This document shows, one piece after another, positions 63,531 through 64,000 of a DNA stretch of 64,000 nucleotides. Made by a program: the position numbers and the translations under genes. Below the pieces are notes generated by a model. It searched no databases. It saw nothing but the letters and a program-made list of their open reading frames with translations, and was not told where the DNA came from. Location: positions 134,850,001 to 134,914,000 of the forward strand of contig NC_043000.1 in NCBI RefSeq assembly GCF_006345805.1. The letters run 5' to 3'. Source of the DNA: Octopus sinensis (taxonomy: Eukaryota). Within the stretch, counting starts at the first letter, position 1; each line of letters opens with the position of its first letter.

Positions 63531-63712
63531 TGGAGGCGAGTGCGTTAGTTAGTGGTTAGGGTGTTGTGTTCTTGGGCAAAACAATTTATTTCAAGGTAAT
63601 CCAATCAGCTCAGCTCTGCGACAGAATGGCAACCCGTTCATGGGGATGTGATCTCGATCCCTCATATGCCATGGAAACTGGGCAACTAGCCTCTACGAGT
63701 CTTAGGACTCGA
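63531..63712 (+). mobile_element. tRNA-SINE family D, degraded
   Basis: tggaggcg...ttagtggttagggtgttgtgttcttgggcaaaaca...gccatggaaactggg. Confidence 0.55.
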
Positions 63713-64000
63713 GATAGTTATGTCCAGGGCTTGATGATGACTGTCAGAGAGTTTGAAACTCGACGCAGATTGAATGTGTGGTTAAGAAGTTTGTTTCACA
63801 AACTCGTGAACTCAGGTTCGATTCAATTGCACGCTAACTTCTATCATAGTCTTCTTTATCTTTTCTTTTGTGAATGAATTTGGTAGGTTCAGATTGTTCG
63901 TGCTCACGAATTCATCTACTCTATAGAAGGCAGATCATTATTCTGGTTTATTTTGACTAATTGAGAGAAATGCAAAGTTTATGAGCTCATACATTTCTCA

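Overview
AT-rich, microsatellite-dense animal genomic DNA. A cephalopod (Octopus-like) origin is inferred from the SINE families and the 5S sequence. Only one intact protein-coding ORF is supportable: an intronless FIT-family (FITM/FIT2-like) gene at 17315-18274 (-). Almost all other ORF-track entries are microsatellite or SINE read-through. The rest is a layered transposon landscape: four tRNA-derived SINE families, including composite copies flanked by target-site duplications (TSDs); RTE, CR1-like, L1/Tx1-like and Dong/R4-like LINE remnants; two decayed mariners; a pogo-like element; Tc1/mariner and hAT MITEs; Helitrons; and a Helentron-type element. The most notable signals are: (i) a full-length 5S rRNA joined to the same 3' stem-loop tail used by a tRNA-SINE (candidate 5S-derived SINE); (ii) five hammerhead-ribozyme-like motifs of Penelope type, one at the centre of a ~390-bp palindrome; (iii) a head-to-tail Helitron cluster; (iv) a TIR element carrying TTAGGG repeats; (v) a strong splice donor just upstream of the FITM ATG, hinting at a nested or shared-promoter arrangement; and (vi) an unexplained multi-stem GC-rich island. 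All calls were made by eye with no database searches, and TE boundaries without TSDs or TIRs are approximate.
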